DNA of 64,000 nt, from assembly GCA_963755995.1 (NCBI GenBank), contig CAVWLQ010000003.1, positions 388,734 through 452,733 of the forward strand. The letters run 5' to 3'. Shown here one piece after another: positions 30,313-39,943 of the stretch (position 1 is the first letter of the stretch; the number at the start of each line of letters is the position of its first letter). The DNA is from an uncultured Chloroflexia bacterium (GTDB lineage: Bacteria > Chloroflexota > Limnocylindria > Limnocylindrales > CSP1-4). The notes under the pieces are model-generated. The model had not been told where the DNA came from, made no database searches, and was given only the letters and a program-made list of their open reading frames with translations. The position numbers and the translations under genes are program-made.

Positions 30313-31218
30313 ATGTTCGCCACGCTCCTGGGCGCGCTGCCCCGCCCGCCGATCGCTGCCGATGCGTCGATCGATGAGCTCGTCGAGGCAGCCGTCCGCG
30401 CCCAGGAGGCGGCCGGACTCGAGCCCGTCACCGACGGCGGCCTGCGCCCCGCCGACGATCCCGTCGCGGCGTGGCGAGCGACGGGCCGCCTGACCGACCG
30501 GGCGGTCAAGCAGGCGCTCACCGGGCCGTACAGCGCGGGACACCTCGTCGGGGCGCCGGCCGCTCTCCGATCGGCGGACACGCTGGCGCGCGCGACCGAG
30601 CTCAATGCCGTCCTGCGGGCCCTTGCGGCGGCCGGCTGTCCGCTCATCGAGATCCACGAACCGGCCGCGGTGACGATCGGGACGGATGCGGCCGAACGAG
30701 CGCTCTTCCGCGACGCTCACGACCGGCTGTTGGACGGCGTCGCCGGGTCGCACCTCTCGCTCGCCGTGACCGGCGGCAGTGCCGACGGCGCCGGCGTGGA
30801 GACGCTGCTCGCGGCGCCCTACGCCAGCCTGGCCGTCGACCTGATCGACGGTCCGGACAACTGGCGGCTCGTGACGACGATGCCAGGCGACCGCGGGATC
30901 GTATGTGGCGCGGTGTCGGTCGCCGCGGATTCCTACGATGGGCCGGAGCCGCTGCTGTGGGCCGCCGGCTACGCCGCGTCGACGCGGGGGCGTGGGCCTT
31001 CCCGGGTCGGGCTCGCCACGGCCGGGTCGCTGGCCGCGGTCCCGTGGGCGGTCGCGGCGGCGAAGATGTTCCGGCTCGGCGAGGCAGCCCGGCTCTCGGA
31101 CGCGCCGGTCGACGAGCGCCTCGCCGCCATGGATCCACGGGCCGTCAGCAGCCGGACCGCCGCCCTCGGTCGCACGCCGCGCGCCGTCCCGACGGACGAC
31201 GACCCGCCTGATGCCTAG
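30313..31218 (+). CDS. MetE-C-terminal-like (cobalamin-independent methionine synthase family) protein, probably lacking the zinc site
   Basis: [12 protein letters not shown] resembles the ..GS(L/F)PR.. N-terminal motif. PLIEIHEPA resembles the I(Q/H)(I/L)DEPA motif. The region corresponding to ..PDCGL.. reads LATAGSL. Assignment is tentative. Confidence 0.45.
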   Translation: MFATLLGALPRPPIAADASIDELVEAAVRAQEAAGLEPVTDGGLRPADDPVAAWRATGRLTDRAVKQALTGPYSAGHLVGAPAALRSADTLARATELNAVLRALAAAGCPLIEIHEPAAVTIGTDAAERALFRDAHDRLLDGVAGSHLSLAVTGGSADGAGVETLLAAPYASLAVDLIDGPDNWRLVTTMPGDRGIVCGAVSVAADSYDGPEPLLWAAGYAASTRGRGPSRVGLATAGSLAAVPWAVAAAKMFRLGEAARLSDAPVDERLAAMDPRAVSSRTAALGRTPRAVPTDDDPPDA

Positions 31219-31314
31219 ACATGGGCGCGAATCATGCCGATGCCATCACCCACGAACCTCACTATCATGGGCGCGAACCGGTTCGGTCACTCCCCACGCG
31301 GGCGCAGGAGGGTC

Positions 31315-31809
31315 ATGTCCGTGAGCGAACACATCACGTTCGTCGTCAATGGGACGCCCCGCGAGCTGGACGTGGAGCCGAGACGCCTTCTGGTCCAGGC
31401 GCTGCGCGAGGACCTCGACTTGACCGGGACCCACGTCGGCTGCGACACCAGCCAATGCGGTGCTTGCACCGTCCACGTCGACGGCCGGGCGATCAAGTCC
31501 TGCACGATGCTGGCGGTCCAGGCCGATGGCGCCGAGGTCCTGACCATCGAGGGCCTCGCCGACGGCGACACGCTGCACCCCATGCAGGCCGCGTTCTGGG
31601 AGAAGCACGGCCTCCAGTGCGGGTTCTGCACGCCCGGCATGATCATGACCGCGGTCGACCTGCTGGAGCACAACCCGGATCCCACCGACGACGAGATCCG
31701 GCACGCCATCGAGGGTAACTTCTGCCGCTGCACCGGCTACCAGAACATCGTCGTGGCGATCCGCCACGCGGCCGAGACCATCCGGTCCGGCGCGCCCGTC
31801 ACCGCGTAG
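31315..31809 (+). CDS. coxS: [2Fe-2S] small subunit of a CoxSLM/xanthine-dehydrogenase-family molybdoenzyme
   Basis: [12 protein letters not shown] and [10 protein letters not shown]...[12 protein letters not shown] cysteine motifs. SD GCAGGAGGG upstream of ATG 31315. Confidence 0.9.
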   Translation: MSVSEHITFVVNGTPRELDVEPRRLLVQALREDLDLTGTHVGCDTSQCGACTVHVDGRAIKSCTMLAVQADGAEVLTIEGLADGDTLHPMQAAFWEKHGLQCGFCTPGMIMTAVDLLEHNPDPTDDEIRHAIEGNFCRCTGYQNIVVAIRHAAETIRSGAPVTA

Positions 31810-31825
31810 GGCAGGGGAGGCCGAG

Positions 31826-34240
31826 ATGACCACCGAAGCCGTCCCCGACGTCCTCGGGGCGAGCATCAAGCGGGTCGAGGACCCGCGCTTCATCACCGGC
31901 GCCGGCAACTACGTCGACGACATCAAGCTCGCGTCGATGGCCCACATGGCGATCCTGCGCAGCCCGTACGCGCACGCCAACATCCGCTCGATCGACACCG
32001 CCGCGGCCCGGGCGATGCCCGGCGTCGTCGCCGTGTTCGTCGGCGCGGACATCCCGTACAACCCGATGCCGATGGCCTGGCCCGCCGGTGGCAGCGCGGG
32101 CATCCAGAACAACGTCAGCACGCCCCGGACGCTCGCCACGGACAGCGTCAAATGGACCGGCGAGGGCGTCGCGGCGGTCGTCGCCGAGACGGAGGCGCAG
32201 GCGTTCGACGCACTCGAGGCGATCGTCGTCGACTACGAGCCGCTGCCCGCGGTCGTCGACGCCGACAAGGCCATCCTGCCCGGCGCGCCGCAGCTCCACG
32301 AGAACGCGCCCAACAACGTCGTCTTCGAGTGGAGCGTCGGCGACAAGGCCGGGACCGACGCGGCCGTCGACGGCGCCGAGGTCGTCGTCCGCCAGCGGAT
32401 CGTCAACCAGCGCCTGATCCCGAACCCGATGGAGGTCCGCGGGGACATCGGCTGGTACAACCCGGGCACGGACGAGTACACGATCTGGATGTCGAGCCAG
32501 ACGCCGCACATCCAGCGGCTGCTCCTGGCCGCGTTCGTGATGGGCGTCCCGGAGCACAAGATCCGGTGCATCAGCCCGGACGTCGGCGGCGCCTTCGGGA
32601 CGAAGATCTTCTGCTACCCGGACTATGCCCTGGTGCTCTTCGCGAGCAAGGCGCTCGCCGGCCGGCCGGTCAAGTGGATCGAGACCCGTCGCGAGAACTA
32701 CCAGAGCACGATCCACGGCCGCGACCACATCACCCACCTGGAGATCGCCGGCACGCGCGAGGGCGAGATCACCGGCCTGCGGGTGAAGACGCTGGCCAAC
32801 CTCGGCGGCCGCCTGTCGACGATCGGACCGGGCATCCCGACGACGTTGTACGCCCGCGTCCTGAGCGGCTGCTACAAGATCCCGAACGTCTACGCCGAGG
32901 TCACGGGCGTCTATACCAACACGACCTTCGTGGACGCCTACCGCGGCGCGGGCCGTCCGGAGGCGACCTACGTCATCGAGCGGGCGATGGACCTCTTCGC
33001 CGCCGAGATCGGGATGGACCGGGCGGAGATCCGCCGACGCAACTTCATCCAGCCCGACCAGTTCCCGTACGAGAACCCGTCCGGCCTCGGGACGGCATCG
33101 GGCGGGGCCAAGATCTACATCGACTCCGGCAACTACGAGCCGGCCCTCGACAAGGCCCTCGAGATGGCCGGCTACGGCTCGCTGGCGGCGACCAAGGCCG
33201 AAGCCAAGACGCGCGGCAAGCTCCTGGGTGCGGGTCTCTCGACCTACATCGAGGTCTGCGGCGTCGCCCCGTCCAAGTGGATCGGAGCGGTCGGCGAAGG
33301 CTGGGGCGCGGCGATGTGGGAATCGGCCAACATCAAGATGCACCTGACAGGCAAGACGGTCGTCACGATGGGCACCCAGCCGCAGGGCCAGGGCCACGAG
33401 ACGACCTACTCGCAGGTCGTGTCGCACGAGCTGGGCATCCCGATGGAGGACATCGTCATCCAGCACAGCGACACCCAGGGCACGCCCTTCGGCTACGGGT
33501 CGTACGGCTCCCGGACCTCGTCGGTCGGCATGACCGCGGCGATCAAGGCGTCGACGAAGATCCGCGAGAAGGCCCGCAAGTTCGCCGCGCACATGCTCGA
33601 GGCATCGGTCGACGACATCGAGATCGACGGACCGAACTACTTCGTCAAGGGCAGCCCGGACCGGGTCAAGACCATCCAGGAGATCGCCTTCGCGATCGAC
33701 CTCGCGTTCGACCCGCCCGAGGGCATGGAGCCGTACCTCGACGAGACGGCCTACTACGACACGCCCAACTGCACCTGGCCGTTCGGCACGCACATCGCGA
33801 TCGTCGAGATCGACGAGGACACCGGCCACGTCGACCTGGTGCGCTACGTCGCGGTCGATGACGTCGGCAAGAAGATCAACCCGATGATCGTGGACGGCCA
33901 GCTCCACGGCGGGATCGCCCAGGGCGTCGGCCAGGCCCTCTGGGAGGGTGCCGTGTACGACGACCAGGGCCAGCTGCTGACCGGCTCGATGCTGGACTAC
34001 ACGATGCCGCGGGCGTCGTTCTTCCCGAACCTCGAGCTGGACGAGACCGTCACCCCGTCGCCGGTCAACCCGATCGGGGTCAAGGGCGTCGGCGAGGCCG
34101 GTGCGATCGCGAGCACGGCCGCCGTGGCCAACGCGGTCGTCGACGCGCTCAGCCCGCTGGGCATCCGCCATCTCGACATGCCGTACACGCCGCAGACGGT
34201 GTGGCGGGCGATGCAGTCCGCGAAGGGAGGCCAGGCGTGA
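31826..34240 (+). CDS. coxL: molybdopterin large subunit, form-II CoxL type (AYRGAGR active-site loop)
   Basis: 804 aa. It carries ...VDAYRGAGRPEATY... (nt 32936-32956) rather than the form-I AYxCSFR loop. Also GSYGSR and GVGEAG motifs. Confidence 0.9.
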   Translation: MTTEAVPDVLGASIKRVEDPRFITGAGNYVDDIKLASMAHMAILRSPYAHANIRSIDTAAARAMPGVVAVFVGADIPYNPMPMAWPAGGSAGIQNNVSTPRTLATDSVKWTGEGVAAVVAETEAQAFDALEAIVVDYEPLPAVVDADKAILPGAPQLHENAPNNVVFEWSVGDKAGTDAAVDGAEVVVRQRIVNQRLIPNPMEVRGDIGWYNPGTDEYTIWMSSQTPHIQRLLLAAFVMGVPEHKIRCISPDVGGAFGTKIFCYPDYALVLFASKALAGRPVKWIETRRENYQSTIHGRDHITHLEIAGTREGEITGLRVKTLANLGGRLSTIGPGIPTTLYARVLSGCYKIPNVYAEVTGVYTNTTFVDAYRGAGRPEATYVIERAMDLFAAEIGMDRAEIRRRNFIQPDQFPYENPSGLGTASGGAKIYIDSGNYEPALDKALEMAGYGSLAATKAEAKTRGKLLGAGLSTYIEVCGVAPSKWIGAVGEGWGAAMWESANIKMHLTGKTVVTMGTQPQGQGHETTYSQVVSHELGIPMEDIVIQHSDTQGTPFGYGSYGSRTSSVGMTAAIKASTKIREKARKFAAHMLEASVDDIEIDGPNYFVKGSPDRVKTIQEIAFAIDLAFDPPEGMEPYLDETAYYDTPNCTWPFGTHIAIVEIDEDTGHVDLVRYVAVDDVGKKINPMIVDGQLHGGIAQGVGQALWEGAVYDDQGQLLTGSMLDYTMPRASFFPNLELDETVTPSPVNPIGVKGVGEAGAIASTAAVANAVVDALSPLGIRHLDMPYTPQTVWRAMQSAKGGQA

Positions 34241-35097
34241 TCCCGGCAGCATTCGAGTACCAGCGCCCGGCCTCCATCGAGGAGGCGCTCGCGATCATCG
34301 CGGCCGATCCGGGTGCCAAGGTGCTGGCCGGCGGCCAGAGCCTGCTCCCCCTGCTCAAGCTCCGGCTTGCCGGAGCCGACACGCTGGTCGACATCGGCCG
34401 CCTGCCCGGGCTGCGCGGCGTGCGCCGGCTCGAGGACGGCCGCCTCGCCATCGGGGCGCTCACGACCTACGCCGAGCTGCTCGACTCACCCGCCCGCAAC
34501 TACGGCCTGCTGGGCGACGCGCTGCCCAACATCGGGGACGTCCAGGTCCGCAATCGCGGGACCATCGGCGGGGCCATCGCCCACGCCGACCCGGCCTCGG
34601 ACCTGCCGGCCTGCCTGCTCGCGCTCGAGGCCGAGCTGGTCATCCGGTCGGCGGCGGGCGAGCGGACCGCCGCGTACGACGGGTTCGCCGACGGCCCGTT
34701 CTCTACGAACCTCGACCCGGGCGAGCTGATCACCGAGATTCGATTGCCCGGCCCGCGCGACGACGCCGGGTCCGCCTATGCGTCCCTCGAGCAGCCGGCA
34801 TCCGGCTACGCGATGGTCGGCGTGGCGGCCGTCGTGTTCGTCGGCGACGGCGGCAAGCTGGTCGGCGCGAACGTCGCGGTGACCGGAGTCGGCGACCATG
34901 CCTATCGGGCACGGGCCGTCGAGACGGCCCTCGCCGCCTCCGACGGTTCGGCGGACGCCATCGCGGCTGCCGCCGGCCACGCCACCGATGGGGTGACCGT
35001 CGGCAACGACATCCACGCCGACCGCGCCTACCGGACGGCGATGGCCGCCGTCTACACCCGCCGAGCGATCGAGGCCGCCCTCGCCCGGCTGGGCTGA
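34237..35097 (+). CDS. coxM: FAD-binding medium subunit (CoxM type)
   Basis: The GTG overlaps the coxL stop (GTGA). VIPAAFEYQRPASIEEAL...AGGQSLLPLLKLRLA...GTIGGAIAHADPASD. Confidence 0.88.
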   Translation: MIPAAFEYQRPASIEEALAIIAADPGAKVLAGGQSLLPLLKLRLAGADTLVDIGRLPGLRGVRRLEDGRLAIGALTTYAELLDSPARNYGLLGDALPNIGDVQVRNRGTIGGAIAHADPASDLPACLLALEAELVIRSAAGERTAAYDGFADGPFSTNLDPGELITEIRLPGPRDDAGSAYASLEQPASGYAMVGVAAVVFVGDGGKLVGANVAVTGVGDHAYRARAVETALAASDGSADAIAAAAGHATDGVTVGNDIHADRAYRTAMAAVYTRRAIEAALARLG

Positions 35098-35115
35098 ACC
35101 GCCCGGCGGCGGACG

Positions 35116-36159
35116 GTGCAGGTCCAGCGCGTCACGCCGGGTCGCCGCGCGCCCGCACGCCTCGTCGGGGCCGTCCTTGCCCGGGACGTGATCGTCGCCG
35201 GCACCCGCTGGTCGAAGGGCCGGCGGCTCACCTCGGAGGATCTCGTCGCGCTCGCTGCGGCAGACCGCGGCGACCCGGTCAGCGTGCTCGTGCCCGAAGC
35301 CGGTGAGCTCCACGAGGATGAGGCCGCCATCCGGCTGGCGGCGGCCGTGGCGGGTCCCGGCCTGATCACGCGCGGTCCGAACCAGAGCCGGGTCGACCTG
35401 ATCGCCGAGGCCGACGGGGTCCTGAACGTCCGGATCGCCGACCTCGAGCGCGTCAACCGGATCGATCCGCTCGAGGTCTTCACCGCGTTCGACGGCCAGG
35501 TCGTGGCCCGCGGCGACCTGGTGGCAAGCGTCAAGGTCGCGCCGCATCTGGTCGATGCCGCCACGGTCGATGCCGGGGCGCGGCTGGCCGGCTTCGGCAG
35601 CCATCCGCTGGTGTGGGTCGCGCCGTTCATCCCGAGCCGCGTCGGCGTGCTCGTCAAGGAATCGGTCCGGTCCACCGCGCGGGCGCGCTTCGAGACCAGC
35701 GTGCGGGCGAAGATCGAGGGCCTTGGCTCGACGATCGAGGCCATCGAGTACGTCGACGACGATCCCGACGCCGTCGAGAGTGCGATGGCCGGCTTCGTGC
35801 GGCGCCCGGACCCGGTCGACCTGATCCTGACCGCCGGGGCGGCCAGCACGGATCCGCTCGACCCGTGCTTCCTGGCCATCACCGCGCTGGGCGGCCGGCT
35901 CGTGCGGCGGGGCGTCCCGGCCCATCCCGGGTCGATGCTCTGGCTGGCCCGCATCGGAAGCACCGCGATCCTCGGCCTGCCGACGTGCGGCGCCTACTCG
36001 AAGGCGACCGCCGCCGACCTGCTCCTGCCGCGCCTGCTGTCAGGGGAGGGGGCCACGGAGCGCACCGTCGCGAAGCTCGGCCACGGCGGCATCCTGACCC
36101 GCAGCCAGCGCTTCCGGTTCCCGGCCTACGCGCGCGAGCTCGACGCCCCGGACGGCTGA
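35116..36159 (+). CDS. molybdopterin-binding (MoCF-biosynthesis/MoeA-like domain) protein associated with the Cox-type cluster
   Basis: C-terminal LILTAGAASTDPLDP...VPAHPGSMLWLARIGSTAILGLPTCG resembles MoeA/CinA-type MoCF domains. It starts 19 nt after coxM. Confidence 0.55.
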   Translation: MQVQRVTPGRRAPARLVGAVLARDVIVAGTRWSKGRRLTSEDLVALAAADRGDPVSVLVPEAGELHEDEAAIRLAAAVAGPGLITRGPNQSRVDLIAEADGVLNVRIADLERVNRIDPLEVFTAFDGQVVARGDLVASVKVAPHLVDAATVDAGARLAGFGSHPLVWVAPFIPSRVGVLVKESVRSTARARFETSVRAKIEGLGSTIEAIEYVDDDPDAVESAMAGFVRRPDPVDLILTAGAASTDPLDPCFLAITALGGRLVRRGVPAHPGSMLWLARIGSTAILGLPTCGAYSKATAADLLLPRLLSGEGATERTVAKLGHGGILTRSQRFRFPAYARELDAPDG

Positions 36160-36231
36160 GGACGGCTCGGGCGAGCGCCCCGCGAGGTCGGCGACGGCCC
36201 GGGCGAGGGGTCAGCAAGCCCCGGCGAGGGG

Positions 36232-37779
36232 TCAGCGGGCGCCCGCGCGGCGGCGCTGACCGGCCGGTGCCTGGCGGGTCACCCGGAACAGGTGACCGCC
36301 GTACGCGGGCAGGTCGACGTACAGGCCGCGGCTGAGGACGTCGTCGCCCGGCCGGTCGTACACGACGTCGTCGAGCTGGTCCTCGAGCCGGACGGTCTTG
36401 CCGGCGAACTCGGGGAGTGCCAGCGGGATGTACGCCTGGGCCGGCTCGGCGCTCATGTTGGCGACGGCGAGCCGGAGCTGGCGATGCTGGCCGACCCACA
36501 GGCGGGCGAGGATGCCTTCATGCGTGCTGTTGCCCGGCCACGCGGAGATCGGCTCGAGCCGGACAGCCTGGCCGAGCCGGAACGCCTCGTCGTCGGTGGC
36601 CCGCAGGAGGCGGCAGTAGTACTCGTGCAGGGCGGGGTCGGTCGCCTCCTCGGGCTCGCGCCGGAACTGGACGGGCGCCTGCTCGCGGGCGCCGTGGATC
36701 TGGCCATCCCGCACCAGGAGCATGCCCGGCACGACCGCCTCGACGAGGGCCGCAGCGCGCTCCTGCGCCGGGGTCATCAGGGCCGCGATGCGCGGGCTGT
36801 TGCGATCCTCGAGGAGCCGGACGGACCTGCGCTGATAGCCGTCGTCCGCCCGGAGGTGCCCGGCGACCCCGGCCGGATCACCGCTCAGCATCCGGTCCAG
36901 CAGCGTCGAGTCGTAGGTGAAGTCGAAGCCCAGCTGCTGGAGCCGCCACTCGAGGCCCCAGTACGCCTCGCCGATGAGCAGGAAGCGCGGGTAGACGTCG
37001 CGGACGGCGCTGCTGGCATGCCACCAGAACTCGCCGAACGGGGAGGCCTCCTCCGCGGCGACCGGTGCCACGGACCGACCGCCCCAGGTCGACCGGAAGA
37101 CGTCGTCGAGCACGAGCATCGCCATCGAGCACACGACGCCGTCGCAGCGGGTGGCGACCTCGCGCAGGGTCTGGGTCATCGCCCGGGGGACGTCCGGGTG
37201 GCGATAGTCGAGCTGGGCCGTATCCAGCCACGGCCCGAAGTTCGGGTCGCGACCGTGGGCGATCCAGTGGCGCCCTTCCGAGCGCACCTCGAACCATTCG
37301 TCGGGCAGCTCCGATCGGTCGGCGGCGTCCGCGTGGACGAACCAGTCCGGATGCCGGCGGACCCACGGATGCTCCGGCGCGGTGTGGTTCGGAACGAAAT
37401 CGAGGATCAGCGCAAGACCGGCCTCGGCCAGGCGGGCGCGCAGCTTGGCCAGCCCGTCCTCGCCACCGAGGTTCTCGGCCGGCTCGTAGGCGCTGATGGC
37501 ATAGGGCGAACCGACGATGTCGTCGTCCGAGCCGTGGGGCAGGAGCTCCGCGCGGCGGTGTCGCAAGGAAGGCTGGGACCGCCACAGGCGCCGGCTGCCG
37601 GATCCGATCGTCCACGCCGCCGTGAGCCAGACCATGTCGAAGCCGAGCTCGGCGATCGGGTCGATGTCGCGCGCGCGTACGTCGCCAAAGCCGACCCGCC
37701 GGCCGTCACGCGCCGACAATCGCGCCAGCCAGGCCCTCGCATCGATCTCGATGAGCCGTGGGTGACGCGTCGACGTCAT
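36232..37779 (-). CDS. GH13 (alpha-amylase family)-like protein with non-canonical regions II and IV
   Basis: Region I LILDFVPNH and region III LLIGEAYW are present. The candidate region II reads DGVVCSMAM and region IV reads LLEDRNSPR. The start is taken at MTSTRHPRL (ATG 37779). Confidence 0.7.
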   Translation of the reverse strand: MTSTRHPRLIEIDARAWLARLSARDGRRVGFGDVRARDIDPIAELGFDMVWLTAAWTIGSGSRRLWRSQPSLRHRRAELLPHGSDDDIVGSPYAISAYEPAENLGGEDGLAKLRARLAEAGLALILDFVPNHTAPEHPWVRRHPDWFVHADAADRSELPDEWFEVRSEGRHWIAHGRDPNFGPWLDTAQLDYRHPDVPRAMTQTLREVATRCDGVVCSMAMLVLDDVFRSTWGGRSVAPVAAEEASPFGEFWWHASSAVRDVYPRFLLIGEAYWGLEWRLQQLGFDFTYDSTLLDRMLSGDPAGVAGHLRADDGYQRRSVRLLEDRNSPRIAALMTPAQERAAALVEAVVPGMLLVRDGQIHGAREQAPVQFRREPEEATDPALHEYYCRLLRATDDEAFRLGQAVRLEPISAWPGNSTHEGILARLWVGQHRQLRLAVANMSAEPAQAYIPLALPEFAGKTVRLEDQLDDVVYDRPGDDVLSRGLYVDLPAYGGHLFRVTRQAPAGQRRRAGAR

Positions 37780-37888
37780 CCGAAGAGGAGCCCTCACCCC
37801 GCGCCTCCCCCGCGTCGGAGCACATGCCGCGTGCCAGCGGTACGCGGCTCGACAGGGAACAGGATACCCGGACGGCGGCTTGCCGCCA

Positions 37889-38395
37889 CTACGCCTCCGG
37901 GCTTGACCCCGCCGACTGCGGCTCGGTGAAGAGAGCCCAGGCAAAGACGATCCCGAGGCCAACGAGCAGGGTCATCACAGCGCCCTCGACCTGGAGCGGC
38001 ATGAGGCCGGTCGCGGTCTTGACGATGTCCGGGTCGATCGCGACGAGCGTGATGATGAGGTAGAGCGGCAGGGCCAACCATTCATACCGTCCGAGCGCGG
38101 CGATGACGCCGGTCGGCTCCTTGACGCCGCGCGACCCGGTCACCACCGCGAGCATGCCGACGATCCCGGCCGTGGCGAACGTCAGCCGCCAGATCAGCGG
38201 CGCGTCGGCCGTCAGAAGGGCACCCAGCGACATCAGGCCGGGCAGGATGAAGTGGAGGGACACGACGAAGGCCAGCCGGCGCCGGCCCGGGTCCTGGGTC
38301 ATCTCGTTGTGACGGAACTGGACGACCACCCACCAGAACCCGAGCAACGTGAACGACACCGCCGATGTCGTCGCGTAGAACGTGCCGGTGTCCAT
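37889..38395 (-). CDS. five-TM membrane protein, unknown function (last gene of the Hsp70-dynamin operon?)
   Basis: MDTGTFYATTSAVSFTLLGFWWVVVQF... SD GAGGGGAGG upstream. Located 56 nt downstream of the dynamin gene on the same strand. Confidence 0.5.
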   Translation of the reverse strand: MDTGTFYATTSAVSFTLLGFWWVVVQFRHNEMTQDPGRRRLAFVVSLHFILPGLMSLGALLTADAPLIWRLTFATAGIVGMLAVVTGSRGVKEPTGVIAALGRYEWLALPLYLIITLVAIDPDIVKTATGLMPLQVEGAVMTLLVGLGIVFAWALFTEPQSAGSSPEA

Positions 38396-38451
38396 ACGAC
38401 CTCCCCTCGTCGTGCGCAGTGTGCCAGACCGGACACGGGCGCCGACCGCCG

Positions 38452-39936
38452 TCAGACGGTGGCGGCGTAGATGCCCTCGTATGCGCGGCTCACGATCTCG
38501 GCCGCCTCGATCGTGCGGCGGTCGCTCAACGGACTGGCGGCACGCGATCGCCACCGCTCGATGGCGTCCAGCGCCGTCCGGCGGACCTCGTCGGCGCCGG
38601 CGTCAGGCATCCCGACGCGCTCCGCGCCCGGCGCCGAGGCGCACAGGCGGTCCACCTCCGCGCGCTCGGCCGGGCTGAGCTCGACGACGCCCGTGAGCAC
38701 GAGGTGCAGGAGCCGCAGAAGCGCCAGGTCCTGCGACGACGCCTCGAGCCGATCGACCGACACGACGACGTCCGAGGCGCCCGCGATCCCGCGCCGGTCG
38801 AGCTCCTGTCCGATCACCCGCAGGGCCGCCAGCGCCGATCGTGCCTTGAGGACCTGCGCGCGCCGGCCGTAGCGCTCGTTCAGCATGCGCTGGAGCTGGC
38901 GGATCCCGGATCGCTCGAGGAGCGCGGCCGAGAGCTCCGTGGACGTCCCGGCCGTGCCGTCCGCGAGGAGCTGCACGGCCAGCCGCAGGCCGAACATGCC
39001 CAGCCGCGCCAGGAGCTCCTCACGGATCTCCTCGCCGAGCGGGTTCCCGTCCGGATCGCGGAACCGGTCCGCCGACAGCAGCAGGTCGTCGCGACGGGCC
39101 TCGGGCAGCACCGCCAGCGTCCGCAACCAGCGGAAATGCTCCTCGCGGAGCGTGGCGCCGGTCTCCGCGATCAGCCCGGCCACCGGCACGACCCCGGAGG
39201 CGAGCTCACGAACCCGGCCGTCGGCGCCGTAGCGCGCCGCGACCGCACGGGCGGAGTCGAGCGCGTCGAGCCGAGCCGCTCCGATCTCGTCCGCGCGCGA
39301 CAGCACGACGATCGCGTTGATCGGGGAGGCGTGCGCCACGGAGCGATCGACGAACGCCTCGAGGAACTGCACGTCCGACCGATGGAGGTGGCGCATCAGG
39401 TACAGGACGGCATCCGCGTCGCCGGGCCCCTCGCCGTCGTCGTCGAGCAGCGCCTCCTCCGTCCGCTCCGACGTCCCCTCGGTGGCCGAGGCGAGACCCG
39501 GGGTGTCGATGAGCGTGAGGTCGACCAGCTTCGCCGACGGCCAGCCCACCTCGAGCCGGTCGACAGCGGCGATGTCGAGGTCGCCCAGGTCGATCTCGAG
39601 GGCCCCGTCCCGGCGGCGGAAGGTGAGGTCGCGCTGCCCGCTCGGGCGGAGCTCGGCCACCACCCGGTAACCCAGGGCGTTGCGGTACCAGGTCACGATC
39701 CGGGTGCACTCACCGGCGTCGGTCGCAGCCAGGCGCTCGCCGACCAGCGCGTTGAGCAGGGTCGACTTGCCGGCCTTGACCCGGCCGGCGATCGCGACGC
39801 GGAGGGGTTCGTCGAGCCGCCGCTGGGCGACCCGGACCGAGTCCTCCTGGTCGGTCCCGCGGGCGACCTCCAGCGCCTCGGCTGCGATGCGCCGGACGTC
39901 CGTGGCCAGATCGCCCGGGCCGGAGGTCACGTCCAC
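38452..39936 (-). CDS. bacterial dynamin-like GTPase (about 494 aa, IniC-like size)
   Basis: G1 GRVKAGKSTLLNAL, G3 LIDTPGL, G4-like LSRADE, then a long helical stalk. Starts 8 nt after the Hsp70 gene. Confidence 0.75.
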   Translation of the reverse strand: MDVTSGPGDLATDVRRIAAEALEVARGTDQEDSVRVAQRRLDEPLRVAIAGRVKAGKSTLLNALVGERLAATDAGECTRIVTWYRNALGYRVVAELRPSGQRDLTFRRRDGALEIDLGDLDIAAVDRLEVGWPSAKLVDLTLIDTPGLASATEGTSERTEEALLDDDGEGPGDADAVLYLMRHLHRSDVQFLEAFVDRSVAHASPINAIVVLSRADEIGAARLDALDSARAVAARYGADGRVRELASGVVPVAGLIAETGATLREEHFRWLRTLAVLPEARRDDLLLSADRFRDPDGNPLGEEIREELLARLGMFGLRLAVQLLADGTAGTSTELSAALLERSGIRQLQRMLNERYGRRAQVLKARSALAALRVIGQELDRRGIAGASDVVVSVDRLEASSQDLALLRLLHLVLTGVVELSPAERAEVDRLCASAPGAERVGMPDAGADEVRRTALDAIERWRSRAASPLSDRRTIEAAEIVSRAYEGIYAATV

Positions 39937-39943
39937 GTTGCGG

